DNA of 63,196 nt, the filler included, from Asterionella formosa (lineage: Eukaryota), in NCBI GenBank assembly GCA_002256025.1. It is 18 parts of 18 records of this genome, joined end to end, with 100 filler letters (N's around TTAATTAATTAA, not from the genome) between each part and the next. Parts side by side here need not be neighbours in the genome. Positions count along the whole stretch, not along the records: positions 35,749 to 37,618 come from NKIB01000972.1; positions 37,719 to 39,587 come from NKIB01000973.1; positions 39,688 to 41,556 come from NKIB01000974.1; positions 41,657 to 43,525 come from NKIB01000975.1; positions 43,626 to 45,493 come from NKIB01000976.1; positions 45,594 to 47,461 come from NKIB01000977.1; positions 47,562 to 49,429 come from NKIB01000978.1; positions 49,530 to 51,397 come from NKIB01000979.1; 10 more parts are not named here. One strand, given 5' to 3'. Each line of letters opens with the position of its first letter. Position 1 is the first letter of the stretch. The translations under genes and the position numbers were made by a program. A model generated the notes under the pieces. That model did no database searches. It was not told where the DNA came from and saw only the letters and a program-made list of their open reading frames with translations. This document shows, one piece after another, positions 37,473-51,497 of this stretch.

Positions 37473-38092
37473 TAATACCCATATCCCCGAGGACGACAAA
37501 TACCTGATACAGACGGGGAAAGTTCTCAATCGTTTCTCTCCTGAATTTCTTTAAGTGCGGAATAATCAAAGTGACCCTTTACATAGGGGATTTCAGGCAT
37601 ACGCACTTACCTACTGTCNNNNNNNNNNNNNNNNNNNNNNNNNNNNNNNNNNNNNNNNNNNNTTAATTAATTAANNNNNNNNNNNNNNNNNNNNNNNNNN
37701 NNNNNNNNNNNNNNNNNNTTCATTGAATACTTTGCTACCGCCCAAAGTAATGCCGGTCTCAAGTCTTGCACATTTTACCGAGGTGAATATGTCGATACTT
37801 GCTGCAATGGTGGACCTGACCCCTACCCTCCAAGACTCCTTCATGTGTAATACTAATACCATGGTTCCATCATCTGAGTTCCATGTATACTTCACCCATT
37901 TTACCATTGATTACTCCGCATTACAAGCCTCACTTCACTCACTCGTCGTCCATCAGTAGCACCCTTGCAAGGATTTTTTCGATCGGTTGAAACGTTCCTT
38001 TGTACTCCGAATAATCAATATATATATATTTTAGTATACTAAATGTTTGTTACTACATGATGGTTATATACCGGTATGTTTCCTTCATACTA

Positions 38093-39537
38093 TCATCCCT
38101 CGAAAGTGCCTTGCTTTTGTTTAGCATCCTTCATCCATTGGTTGTCATGTCCCTCAAAAGCTTCGTTTGGATCATACATTGCTAGTCTCAATCGATCTGT
38201 CCACATTGGTCCATCAAGTTCCAAAATGGTTCGATAGGCATCTTCAAATGTTCGACATGCCAACGACAAGTTATTAAAGTCATTCACATCATTCCCAAAT
38301 GGGTCGTCCAATTCTATGGACACATGCTCCAATCCCATAAATCCAAATGTTAAAAAGAAGACAATAATACAATGAGCCACTAGTTTTGAATTGTCCTTGA
38401 TTAATGCAAAGGGAATAGTGAAAAGATAAAAGAATAGAAATGTGCGTGCCATTTGGACCAGAGGAAATGGAAATGGGGTGGTTAAGAATTTTTGCATGCT
38501 GTAAAACAATGGGAGAGTAAGTGATGAGTTTATGTATAGGTCGCAGTAGCAGTAGTATTTTTCATCATTGGAAATGTGAATTTTCCAACATTTTATAAAA
38601 TGCTTGACGGAAGAAGTCGAAAAATGAAGAAAGCGTCCTGCGTTGATATATATCAAAGTATCTTTACGTACCCATAATATCCCACCATGAAATTATCTAC
38701 AATGGTCATCAATTGCAATTCTTGTTGTGTATGGATGGTTCCCTTTGGCAATCGATGTCTTGCACTCCGAATGACTTGTTTCGTCATTAGACTGAGACGT
38801 ATTGGCACTCTCATGGTTGCTTCTTCTTCACTGACTCTGTGACGAGCAGCAGCCCATTGTATATTCGTGTTATTTGGATCTAAAACCATGAGTTGTTTTT
38901 GCAGTAACTTTTGCATGTTTGCGTCCATTTGCGGCAATGCCCATCCAGGTATGGCATCAGATGGATAATCAATAACTGCCATGGAAGTTCGAAGCAGTAA
39001 TAAAGAGTGGTACACCACATCATGCCTCCACTGTGATATTTCCGTTGCTGTTGTGTTGTGCTCTACGCTGTTACTATCTTCGTCGTCATTATCTGTTGTC
39101 GTTGCTGCTACAACAATGGCTGCCGTTTGCACCAACTGATCCGTATGAAAGACCATCTTGGTCAAGTATCCCATGGCTTCATTGTACCGGCCCATACTTA
39201 CATTGGCTCGAGTGACAGTCAAAAAGGTAACAAGCAAGGTCAAGAAGGAATGGCCCTTGTCCGTGACATTGATGTTCCATCCCAACGAGTGGCACCCGTA
39301 TTGCAACACTATGCAAACGCCCACATTCCATAGGCAATACAACAGGACCTTGTGCCACACAGAGCCCCAGCATTGGAACAACACGTTCCAGTGAGCACTG
39401 GATTCGTATGTGACTGTGAAGGAATGACTAGTAGGAGGAATAGTTGTTGTTGTAGTAGTAGTAGGAGTTGATGATGGCGATGTTGTCCGCCTTTTAGCAC
39501 AATACCGGTACCAACAAGAGGATGGAATGATTGTCAT
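38093..39537 (-). CDS. Bestrophin-family (UPF0187-type) channel; exons 39537-38672 and 38498-38093
   Basis: FL.V.R.N....RY.EA, TPFPFPLVQM and GLE.VSIELDDPFGND.NDF motifs. Intron GTACGT...TTACAG (38671-38499) joins GYYG to MQKF in frame. Confidence 0.9.
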
Positions 39538-39687
39538 GATGATTTTTCATTTAATGTCTTGTTTTTGTTTGTAATAATATAATCATTNNNNNNNNNNNNN
39601 NNNNNNNNNNNNNNNNNNNNNNNNNNNNNNNTTAATTAATTAANNNNNNNNNNNNNNNNNNNNNNNNNNNNNNNNNNNNNNNNNNNN

Positions 39688-40867
39688 AATTAAGTCGTAC
39701 GCAACGCCGGGTGTACCAGGAAAGACATTGAACAAGAATGACGGTGAAGTCATTATGGAAGGAGAATATCGAAAAATTGTGGGCAAGTTACTATGGTCTA
39801 CAAAGAAGGATTCGCCGGACTGTGCGAATGCGGTTCGGGAACTATCGGCTCATTTAAGTTGCCCAGGTGAAGAACAATGGCATGCAGTGGCAAGAGTCAT
39901 TGGTTACCTATCCAATATGGAGGATAGAGTTCTCAAGTTGCGTAAGCCAAAAGAGTTAAGAGTCATTGCCTACGTGGACAGTGACTGGGCTGCTAATAAG
40001 GTTAACAGGAAGAGCACGACTGGCTATCTTGTTACTATTGGCGGGGCACTTATCAGTTGGCAGTCGAAGGGACAACAAACGGTTACGCTGTCCAGTACGG
40101 AAGCCGAGTATGTGGCGATGTCCCAGTGTGGACAAGAGATCAAGTTTATAGCAATGCTACTGAATGAGGTTACTGGTGGTAAGGTCATGTTACCAAGTAT
40201 CCTACGAGAAGACAATACAGGAGCTATTTTTATCGCGAAGAATCAGCAAATCGGAACCAGGACAAAACATATTGATATTAAGTATCATCATGTAAAGGAC
40301 ATGATTGAGGATGAAGAATTGGAAGTCATTTTTATAAGGTCGGAAGATAATTTTGCGGACATTATGACCAAGAACGTGAAGGAACAGATTCATACGAGAT
40401 TGTCCGAACCAGTTCAGAGTGGAACGATGTTACAGCCTCTTGAGCGTGGCAATGGGGAGGATGTCAAGAATATTAGCCCGAGTCACAAGGATTGTGGACT
40501 CGATTGTAATCGAACGAGTCGAATATTGCATTGCCACGTCAATCAGCTGTCTAACGAGATCAGAGATTGAAGATTTCTATGGAAATGTTAAGTGGAAACT
40601 CGAAGAGAGTCTTAGAATGACTTTGCAGGAAGCAAAGATGCGTGGAAAGGAAACATTTAGTTTAGCTTATAATTTAATTTGAGATTTAGATTATCAACCG
40701 AGGAAACAGTGTGTTAATTGACAGGAAGGTCAATTAGTCTATCTAGCAGGAAGGCTAGAAGCAGAGACAAGAGAGAAAGTGAGTGGTACTAGGTAGTACT
40801 ACGATCACGTAAGAGTCTACGTGAAGAGAGACCCAACCCGCGGGAAGGAGTACGGACCATTTCAACA
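39688..40867 (+). mobile_element. Copia family B 3' part: intact RT end and RNase H, PPT, 3' LTR 40462-40867
   Basis: YVDSDWA, RKSTTG, LSSTEAEY, EDNTGA and RTKHIDIKYH motifs; TG...CA LTR. Confidence 0.93.
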
Positions 40868-40889
40868 CCAGGTACCAGGTCGTTCAATG

Positions 40890-41159
40890 ACAAGACAGCA
40901 ACATCGCTCAAATTGCGGGAAAAACTAACTAATTCCCAAATGGGAATCATAATATTTCATTTATATAACTAGTCTAATAGAAATATTTTACTTTTTTTAT
41001 AATGGTTTTGTCATCCTACGTCACAGTAGATGGGTGGTTGACAGCATTTAGGATTTCCCAAAAACCGATAGCATCGTTTTTTCGTCAGTTGACCAAAACC
41101 AAAACCAATCCAAAAAAAAGTTTTTGGGTTTTGGTTTGGGTCAACGGTTAGCAACGGCC
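40890..41159. mobile_element. Harbinger terminus, same family as 37200-37472
   Basis: Near-identical sequence; TIR followed by TTA. Confidence 0.85.
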
Positions 41160-41381
41160 TTATATCGTCTCAGCTATACTTAGCTACCGGTACAAACTCC
41201 GGTGCATCATTGGATCTATAATCCAAGCGGAAATATATTCCTTCAAGTTACTCGCATGACGAAACGATTTGACCTGCTTGTTCCTGCTTTTAAATGCCAG
41301 GAAGCTTTTATACATTTACTATCTCATGGTAACCAAGCTCTGTTCTACTAAGAACAAAAAGGCACCGACAATTCCACAAAC

Positions 41382-41556
41382 ATGACACCCTGTAACATCA
41401 TCAAGGATCGTCCCACATCATCATCATCGTCATCTTGTATCATCATGAACAATGGCATTGCCATTCCAAAATTGGCATTTGGACTATACAAAATCCCAGT
41501 TGACGGGGAGCAGATTATTTTAGATGCCATTGAGGCTGGATATCGTCACTTCGATA
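41382..41556 (+). CDS. Aldo-keto reductase, N-terminal fragment
   Basis: [16 protein letters not shown]...[10 protein letters not shown]. Confidence 0.85.
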
Positions 41557-42815
41557 NNNNNNNNNNNNNNNNNNNNNNNNNNNNNNNNNNNNNNNNNNNN
41601 TTAATTAATTAANNNNNNNNNNNNNNNNNNNNNNNNNNNNNNNNNNNNNNNNNNNNTCGCCTGTTGCAAGGCGAGATCCAATTGGCAATTTGGATGACTT
41701 CGTCTATGAATGAAAAATGCGTTAGGCCTTCTAACACTTTTGCTTAATTGTCGACTACCCCACTAAATAAATACATATGGAATCCAACATTATAAAAAAT
41801 TCAATTACATAAATTGTGAAATTAGATTATAAATTAGACCACCCTGTTCCGTCATGTTGCAATAAGAATGACGAAAATTTCTGGTTACAACCGCATATTG
41901 ATCCATCAGTGTGTATGTTGTTATCTTGTCGTTTCAGTTCGGCAACAGTGTGTCCATTTCTTTGTTTTATAGCTGGCGATAAATAGAAATGAATCCGTAG
42001 AGCACCATTTTTTTAACTATTATCCAAAGCTCCTCCATGGACTATATCTCCACGCATGAGAAAGATGAATTTGAATGGTATGGACAAATGTATTGCATGT
42101 TTCTCATCTGCACAGTTATCCCATACATTCATCTAGCCTCGTCTCCTTGCCTTTGTCATCATGATCAAAGTATCTAACCAGTAAGAGTCGTTCCTTACTT
42201 TTCCGTTGTCTCTTGAACAGACATGAAATGCGCCATAGAAACACGTTTTTCCTGATTGAACAATCTGCAATTGGTACCCCCTTCACAACCATTATCGTTC
42301 CATTCCTTGTAGCACTCGGAACATTTGCCATTCCGCCCAGATAACAAGAAATGATATATTGCACTATCGATAGCGTGCGAATGTCAAGAGAAACAAGGAA
42401 GCAGAAAGGGATAATGGTCTGTCAACAAAGGATTAAACAGTGGGCGAGTGCTGTATCAGAAGCGTTTCAGCACCGACATACTCAGTAATATACATTAGAT
42501 TGGTAGTGCAAAGCTACAGTTTCATAGTACCAGCGTAGTAATAGGTACAGTTTCACAGTAGCCACATCATGTTCCGACCGGGTATTGAAACAAGAGGAAG
42601 AAGGGAATGCTGGTAGGGCAAACCTACAGTCTCACAGTATTAACGTAGCAATAGGTACAGTTTCACAGTAGCCACATCATGTTCCGACCGGGTATTGAAA
42701 CAAGGGGATGATAGGAATGCGGAAATTTTATTCACAGATGTTGGTGCCCAGTAATCTAATTTAGTTCATGCTCATACTAATTTTCTTTTAGTTTCTAAAT
42801 AGATAATTGTATGGT

Positions 42816-43525
42816 TTAGGGATGATCATTTACATTACGACGTGATGGCCAAACAATCTTGTTTTGTTTCCATAAAATATCAAAATGTTCAATGAGTTTA
42901 CTCTTGAAGAACTGTAAACTTAAATGCCGAACCACTCGAACTGTATCAACATTCTTTGTTAGCACTTCAATATTGAAGTTATCATTTGGATCTGGCACTA
43001 AATTGCGAATTGCATCAGGAATTTGTCCATCACCATCATTACCAGGACCCATTCCAGAGGTATCAATTGTTCGCAAACTGGCTAATCCAAGTACTGCCGG
43101 TCTTGCAACTGTATTTAGCCTTTGAATAGCAAAAGGTGCTTCAGCACCATTTAATTGGCCTAATGGTCCTTCCCAGTCACTTAAAACACCATTTTGCCAT
43201 TGCAGGTCTAAGCCATCAATATCAAGTAACATGTTATGAAATGCACAACATGTTAGCCAGACTTTGTCAGGTTCTGTTACTCCATGTATTCGGATGCCTG
43301 ATTTTAAAATCCGCCAGCGTCCCTTTAGTATTCCAAAGGTACATTCCACATCTTTTCTAAGTGACTCCAGCCATTCAGACCATCTAAGTTCTTGTTCCGT
43401 TTCTGGGTTTTTGGTTGGAGGCACTGTTGTAGACCATTTTAGATATCCATTGTCAACTATCAAAAAGCATCCACTATACTTTATGGATACAACTGCTCCA
43501 TTCCGATCTTTTTCTTTAAGCTCAA
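42816..43525 (-). CDS. PIF/Harbinger transposase, C-terminal half
   Basis: IVDNGY, WSEWLESLRKDVECTFGILKGRWRIL and CCAFHNML motifs. Confidence 0.9.
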
Positions 43526-43653
43526 NNNNNNNNNNNNNNNNNNNNNNNNNNNNNNNNNNNNNNNNNNNNTTAATTAATTAANNNNNNNNNNNNNNNNNNN
43601 NNNNNNNNNNNNNNNNNNNNNNNNNCCTCTGCTGACTCTTCAGACAACATGTC

Positions 43654-45493
43654 AAAAACCCATGTTGAGCCTCCCAAACCACCACCTCCTGCTCCACCAT
43701 CAGGAGCCTTTCACTCCATCTGGCTCTTCTTCCGACTCCCACTATCCCACATCATACCAGTCCCAACGAATTACTCTTCCTTTGACATAGTGGTGGACAC
43801 AGTCTGATCTCTCTTCACAGCGCTATTTTTTCATGACCATTATGCCACTCTCTACTCCATCTTGGGTAAACCCAACAAAGTTCTTGCCTCCGATTCTTCA
43901 TTCCCCACCTCTGTCACTTCGTCCCTACAACATTTCGAATGGCTCAGCAATTTTACCTCTCTTCTCTGTGGTGGATAACTCTTGATGAACGATCTGTCAA
44001 AGGAAGAATCCATCTCAACACATGCCAACCCATTCTAACTCTAATTCCTTCCCTTTTATTGGTGCACTCTCAATTGCTCATAAGGATTGATCAATTCCAT
44101 GGTGACCTTCCGGTTGAGTGTGGTTGGCTCTTACTTTCTTCTCGTAAAATGAACTGCATCTCCCTCCAGAGACAACTTTCTACCCTTGCCCACTCACAAT
44201 TAAGTATTCTTATCCCTCTTCTCTGTCTGTGGCGCCAAGTAGACGGCCCCAGCAGCTACCCCACTGTAAAAACCCATGCGACTGTTATCTGCACATCTCC
44301 TCCCTACCAATCTTGTGCCCACCGCATGCTTCAAGACGTTCTCTCCCCCAGAGGAGCAAACTAAACTCCCCTCTTGGTATCCCTTCCAACATACCATGAT
44401 CTTTCTTTCTCCAAATATTTTTGGACTCTCTGACCAAACCTACGCCTCCAACAAGCTTCAAGAACAACACGTCTTTCAAAACAATGAAGAGGTAATTAAA
44501 GTCACCGGTCTCCTGCCACTTACCCATCTTTTTCCCAACTCCCACGAAACTCTTGGAAGCGCTGCCCTACTCAGTTTCTCAGAACCATCTCCAGGGACAC
44601 AACATTTGATTTGCAGCATTGAAACTGATGCCTCTGATCCCTCAGCTCTTTACTTCTGCACTCATTTTGCCAATGTGAATTACCTTGATTCCTTCATCGA
44701 AACTCTGTACCCCACCTTAAAGACACGATTCCCTACAATTTCATCAGATGATGTCTGGCATGCCGCAGATCATCATCAATCACATAAACTCTAGATGATC
44801 TTCTCTTCCACTCCACAACTACTCTCTCCACTCTGCTACAGTACAGCCCATATGGAGACTCCGACTCTCCAGCACTCCCTCCCCCCACCATTCCCTCCCG
44901 CACCCACTCCAAGTCCAATCGCAACTCTGGTGCCTGCCGCAGCAACCAACGCACCCTCCCTGACCCCAAACGCCGCAATGTCTCCTCCACTCCTCTTCGT
45001 CGCTCCGATTCCACTACCACCACTACCTCCTGGCAATCCAGTTACCCTTCACTATCGAATACTACTCTCTCAACCACCCCCACTGACTCCTCACTCCAAC
45101 AACATCACAACGCTCACCTCCAATATTTCCATCCTTCAGGCCCAGGTTGACCAACTCTCATTGCGGCTTGACACTCAAATTTCCATTAATTTCCCATCCA
45201 CCACAACCATCATGGATGCCTCATCAATCATTGAACTAATTGACTTCAGATTCAATCACTTTACCTCTACCCTTTCTCTTCCATCCAAATGTGAGGCAGT
45301 CTCTCTTTCCATCACCCAATCCATTCAAACGGAAGTGCTTCCACACCTTCAAAACATTATCGCAAACCAAGCTGCTGCTACCATATCATCCAGTGAGTTT
45401 GGATTGGCGATTTCCACCAATATAAGAGATCAACTATCTCTCTGCATCGATTTTATTTTTGGAACTACACTCTTTCTATCCGCAGTTTGCAAA
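43654..45493 (+). pseudogene. Degraded Pro/Ser/Thr-rich coding region, possibly a non-LTR retrotransposon ORF1
   Basis: Successive + strand ORFs (43939, 44276, 44795) and a strongly C/T-rich plus strand. No catalytic motif seen. Confidence 0.3.
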
Positions 45494-45593
45494 NNNNNNN
45501 NNNNNNNNNNNNNNNNNNNNNNNNNNNNNNNNNNNNNTTAATTAATTAANNNNNNNNNNNNNNNNNNNNNNNNNNNNNNNNNNNNNNNNNNNN

Positions 45594-46870
45594 ACCACGA
45601 CAGAAAAGACCGAATTTTCTTTGAGAGGTGCGGCAATGTTGAGATTGTGAGAAACGAGGAAATACAGATTCAAGTCACACCCTGTCCCAGGAAACCTCTG
45701 GTTCTATTGTGTATGGATCCCTTTCGCAAGCTCTACGAAATATTGCAGATATGGATTGATCCTGAGCATGACAGCGTTAGAGACGTATTAGGATCAGTCA
45801 AACACAGAATATCCGAGGATAATAAATGGAGACAAGATTACGATGGAATAATTCACCTGAAAGAATCGAAAGTGTGTCAACTCATTCACTGCCTTGGTAT
45901 TCACAACTACGATGTACAACCTTTTGAAGTTTGGATTGCCAAACCGTGGAGTTTGTCGGTCACAGTCACAGCGCACTATGGAGTGTCCCTGCTGGAACAT
46001 TTGATTGATATTGGAGTAGTGACACGCACTGGTACATCCTTTCGATTAAGCATGCTAGCTCAAGGCCGAATCTATGCCCCCGACGGCACTTTGAACCACC
46101 ATCATGCACAACAATATCTAACGTTTTTCCCACCGTTTGAAAACTGCACATTCGTACCATCTCAGGAAAGTGCAAGTGAGTCAATGGATGACCAGTCATC
46201 GTTGCAAAGCGGAGAAGTATCTGCGCTTGGTCTACTGCAGGAGCAGATCGGCGATGTAACCCTTCAACCATCGGATCACGAAATGAATGCGCAATCATCT
46301 AGGGGCGACAAAAATTGTACCTTCAAATCCGTTTCAAAAGTAGGCAAGTACGATCCATACGTGGTTGATGAGGACAAGCGAAGCGACTCAAGCAAAATAA
46401 ATCTCCTGCGTCATGACACGATATTTCAGCAGGACACGAATGAAAAATGGCGACAATATGCCGCCAGTAAAAGTCGACAGCAAATACAAACTGATTTTAA
46501 TTCTGCCGAGGAACAGCAAAGCATGAGAAATATGGTAGGATGTATGTCCAAGCTTTTGTGCAGCGGACGTGGCCCTAATCATCTGCATTACTCCAAGTTC
46601 CCTTCAAAGAAAGCCACTTCAGATAGGATGGAAGAAAAGTCGGCATCAAGCGGCAACCATTCTTCGATGTCGAGTGGAAAGCCTTCACTTGACTTCGGAA
46701 CTTTGAACATTGATGACGAGGAAGACTCTGTAGCTTCTCGAGATTCATCGAACGCAGATCGAAGTGATACCCCACTGTTGCTTCATCACAGCTTTCCCGT
46801 AGACAAGGTGTTTCCAATACGAAAGAATAAAGTGACTAATCCGGATTCTTCACCGTCGAAGTGCAGGTAG
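45594..46870 (+). CDS. Hypothetical host protein, 5'-truncated
   Basis: 407+ aa uninterrupted ORF with a globular N-part (LVLLCMDP...YEILQI) and a disordered tail. Confidence 0.7.
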
Positions 46871-47561
46871 GCGAGGTCACGCGACAAGAATGTAATTTAG
46901 GTTATGTTTGATAAGACTTTGTTGCAGGATTAATCAAACTAAAATGTTGGCAGCACCTTACTTTTTCCTTGGGACATCACACTTTTTATGATGGTATGAT
47001 ACCGCCTGTATAAACCGCTTTGCGTCATGCCTGCTGATGATAAATAAATATTACACCCGATATATATTATCACTACTGGTATATATGTATCACCTTGCAT
47101 CATGATGTGTGAGCAAATGTCGTGGTGCAATATTATTTACACGCGACTTGATATACTGGACATTGGCTCATCGTCTCATGCATGATCTTTTACTACCGGT
47201 ATGGGTCGCCTCCAGAAACCTGTTGGCGTGGTTCCAAATCACTTTTTTGTAAATTCCTGCGTTCCTGCCCTTGGTGCTCTTGATTACTCCTTTCCATTCT
47301 AAAGCATCAAGACATGGAATCTCACCACGGTATCGGATCGACTGATTCGATGTTGCTATCCTGGGGATCATCTGTGAACGTTTGCGAGGATTCGCGCCGA
47401 GCCATTCGCCAAGAAATCGATCAAATTGACAACAGCATTGCCAATCTTCACGGCAAAGTCANNNNNNNNNNNNNNNNNNNNNNNNNNNNNNNNNNNNNNN
47501 NNNNNTTAATTAATTAANNNNNNNNNNNNNNNNNNNNNNNNNNNNNNNNNNNNNNNNNNNN

Positions 47562-48052
47562 GGTCAATGAACTCAATCACTACAAAGGTCGTAATTCGGT
47601 TCAAAACTCGTCCATACGAGGTTATCAAGACTCTTCAATTTCAGCAGCCTTATCAGAACGTCGTTCTCGCTTAGCTAAAATTGAACCAATCCATCAATTG
47701 TCACAAAGGTTGTGAGTTTTATATTCAAGACCAAGAAGTTTTGCTGTGAACATGTAAGTTTGATGTTATAGTTTGTGAATTGCAGGTAGTATAGTAAAAC
47801 AGAATATCAATCAAATGTGCTTTTTTCTGTTCCCAAAAGAGAATCAAACATCCCGCCCTATCTGGTCCAAGTAGTATGAAAAAGGCATTTCCAATCACAA
47901 ACAGGATTGGTTTGCCGAATGTTGCTTGCCTAACTCGGCTATACACAGTGAAACCGGAGTCAGGCAAAGAAGTGGAGAGTGACCCAGAGCTTGCCGATTT
48001 CATATGGAATGGTTCTGATGCACTACTTCCAATGAATCAGACCATTGAACGT
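47562..48052 (+). repeat. Paralog of about 11535-12022
   Basis: Near-identical sequence that diverges after CATTGAACGTAC. Confidence 0.92.
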
Positions 48053-48088
48053 ACCAACAAGGCACGTTTAGATTACATCAGAGGAAGT

Positions 48089-49429
48089 TGTCAAACTTAA
48101 ACTTTCACTTTACTAACTGGATTGTTTCGAGATAATGGTCTCGAAACACTCTCATTACTCACATTGCATTTTAACATTTTTTCCTGACCTCTGATTGCTT
48201 TTCCTTGCGTTGTGCCTTTTACCACGTCAGCCCAGGTAACTCTTGGTAGCGGCTGTACGGTTTTAACTGTAGTACTGTACTCTCTCGTGTCTACTATACC
48301 CTTCACTCCTGTCCTGTGGCAGTCAGCTCGAATTTTTTCAACACGCTCCTCGGCTGTTGCCAGGGAACTGGCAGTCAGGGTATCGACGTGCGCAGCTCCT
48401 AGAAGCACATTTCGGAATGTTCTGAACAGGTTTCCTTGCAGTGGTTTCGTAAAGAAATCCCCCAACATTTCCAACGTTGGACAATGGCGAATGGTGATTC
48501 CTTCATCTACCGATCGATCCTTAATCCAGAAATAGCGGATGTTGATATGCCGAGACTTTGGCCCTGCCGAAATTCGTCCGTTCTTCTCGAGTTTAATTGC
48601 GCTCTCGTTGTCTTGTTAGAAGAAACTTTCTTGAATCTTGTATCCCTGTGCTTCAAGAAACATTTTTACCCACAGCGTGTTTGGGAGATAATCGCTGGCA
48701 CCCACAAATTCAGCCTCCGTCGAACTCTTTGTGTTCAATTTCTGCTTGGTCGACTTGCATATGATGCCTCCAGTTCCAAAAGACATCACGCCACCGGTGT
48801 GGCTCTTCATGTCAGGGTGCACGGCAAAAGCCGCATCCACCCACGACCTCATCTTGCCCATGTCGTCGGCTCCAATGGTGTATTCCACATCCATACTTCC
48901 ATTTATGTATTCCAACACCCGTCGTAGCTTTTTCTGATCTTGTTTGGTGCTTTTTGATACCCTGGTGCATAGGAAACTGACCGCCAGTAGCAAATCCGCT
49001 CTTGCCCTGATCGAAACGTAAAGCAGTTTCGCCACTACACTATGGAAAATCTCGGTTTCATTCTGGCTCAAAAAGGAGACTCCTCATCCACTTCAAATAA
49101 ACACTTCTGGGCTGGCGTGGCCACTTCCCGTGTGATTTCCATCCCTGACTCGCTCAATGCTTCCTTAAGATATTCCTTCATAGTAATGACAGCTGTGCCC
49201 TTGCCTGTGTATTGTATGTGCATACCCAGGAAAATGTGCTCTGTTCCTCTGGTGACAGTCATTTTATCAAAGCGCTCCTCGATTTTTTCGATAATTGATG
49301 TCACGACGTCCGGGTCCACATGCGAAATCTTGTTGTCGTCTACATACCACGCAATCGTGCACTGCTTCCCGTTGATTGTGCAGTTAGCAATGCAAGAGTC
49401 GTAAGGGTTTAACACAAAACCCATCTCTT
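48089..49429 (-). mobile_element. Copia (family C) RT/RNase H and 3' LTR 48343-48089
   Basis: WYVDD, WVDAAFAVHPDMKSHTGG, KSSTEAE and GDFFTKPLQG motifs; PPT GAGGAGCG followed by TGTTG...TGACA. Confidence 0.88.
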
Positions 49430-49529
49430 NNNNNNNNNNNNNNNNNNNNNNNNNNNNNNNNNNNNNNNNNNNNTTAATTAATTAANNNNNNNNNNNNNNN
49501 NNNNNNNNNNNNNNNNNNNNNNNNNNNNN

Positions 49530-50511
49530 CACCAAGGCTAATCGACAAGGCAAAGACGAAGAAGATATTTCCATCGCCTCAGAGGATGCCTCAGATGCTG
49601 GTCCTTCTTTGGAATTTCTCAAGTCTGTTGAAAAATCGAATATGAAGTTGCTTGGGGTCAACTGCAAGGATCATAAGCAGGTCGAGAAGGGTCCACATCT
49701 TACCCTCCAGCGAGATAGGAACCCAGATGAAAGTTTAGGTGAAACCTGGTCTATCATCAAGGTACCACATTCTATCTCCCTCCAGCAGGATCATGTCCAA
49801 CCTGGTCTGAAACCTGTGCCTCCAACCAAGTATATCACCAGAGTGATTCAGCATACCACCAGAGTGATTCCGCAAGGCAAAGACGACGAAGATAGTTCCA
49901 TTCTCTCAGAGGATGTTCCTTCTTTGGAATTTCTCATGTCTGTTCAGAAATCAAGTGTGAAGGAGGTACCTGCGGTCGACAAGAAGGATGATGAGGTCAC
50001 GAAGGGTAGACTTCTTATTCTCCAGAAGGATCATGTCAAACCGGTACCCAAACCTGTGCCTCCAACAAAGCACACCAACAAGCTGAATTCACAAAGCCAA
50101 GACGAAGATAGTTCCAATGTCTCCGAGGATGGTCCTTCTTTGGAATTTCTCAAATCTGTTGAAAAATCTGTCAAAAAAATCCAACCTACTGTCCCACCTT
50201 TCTTTGCAAAGAATGAAGTTAATGTTGCTCAAAAGGAAAAAGGTAATACGATCCCCAAAAAAGGCCTTCAAAAATATTCTATTCTCTCTGAGAATGTTTC
50301 CATCCCAGGAAAAGTTCTCATCCATGTCCCTGCCGATGGCGAGAATCTTTTACGTTCTCCATCTACAATCCCATCCTCCTCTGAAACCTCGACTTCTGCT
50401 GTGTCCTCAACTAGTTGTGAAACCTCTACTGGTGGTGAAAAATCGGATTCCAAGTTAGATGAGGAGGACAAATCCAAAGTGATTGATTCTGACCATGAAT
50501 CTGCATTGTGA
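49530..50511 (+). CDS. Low-complexity protein with internal repeats (DEDSS..SEDGPSLEFLKSVEKS x3), partial
   Basis: Open from the contig edge, ending at a likely GTGAGT donor at about 50508. Convergent with the Plavaka-like ORF. Confidence 0.45.
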
Positions 50512-50721
50512 GTAAATGAGTGAATGTTTAGCATCTCCTACTACCTTACTAATGAATCAAGGAGATTAATGATTTCTATAAAAATTGATAATTACATGTT
50601 ACCTTACTTCCCTTGTTTGTTGGTTTTGTAGTAATATTAATCGTTTCCACATCATCAACTACAAATTTTTTCTTAACATTTCTTTCATTGATTGCTTTAT
50701 GCAATCGCATCAACCAGCAAA

Positions 50722-51397
50722 TCAAAAATGGAAAAGGGATGCCCAGGCAGACTGCGGCTTGATTTGAATCACCTTACCTGGAGAGGCTCCTAAATTAGGA
50801 ACAACAACAGCAGGAGAATGAATGCAATCCATGGGAACAAACAAAAGTCCTTTGTTTCCATGTCGATCCAATGTGAGATCAGCCCCTAACAGCAACCTCG
50901 AGTAGTTGTGCAAAGGTTCTGAGGCATATTTACAAGAGTGAATAATTGCAAAGACACCGGGGCTTTGATTTCTCAAGGATGATGGTAATCTTGGATCAGT
51001 GAAATTGATCGAAGACGGACCCAATCCCAATTCAATAAAACCGTAGATCTGGCCAAGCACAATTGACTCAACTCCTGTTTCTCCATCTAACCAAGCAAAC
51101 TCTGCCTAATCATACCAGGAATGAACACCACGGTAGCTTGGATGGGCATGAAATATTACGTTGTCACTACGAGTGTGGTCGCACATCACTTCAATTTCCA
51201 TTGATAAAATGAAAGGAAGGAGTTGGTCGCCTAGAACTCGCACCAGATCTCGGTCAACCCCAGTTTTGCAGTTGCTACTTGATGATGATGAAACCCTTGC
51301 AATCTCAAATTCACCATTTCCATCTTCTTCAATCAGAAGAGAATATCGAGTACCTCCTGTTTTGGATTTCACAATTCCAACGTCAACTGGGACAGCT
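50722..51397 (-). pseudogene. Plavaka/CMC-like transposase C-terminus with a premature stop
   Basis: IFHAHPSYRG..SWYD*AEFAW (TGG>TAG at about 51106), then GQIYGF and PGVFAIIHS. Confidence 0.5.
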
Positions 51398-51497
51398 NNN
51401 NNNNNNNNNNNNNNNNNNNNNNNNNNNNNNNNNNNNNNNNNTTAATTAATTAANNNNNNNNNNNNNNNNNNNNNNNNNNNNNNNNNNNNNNNNNNNN

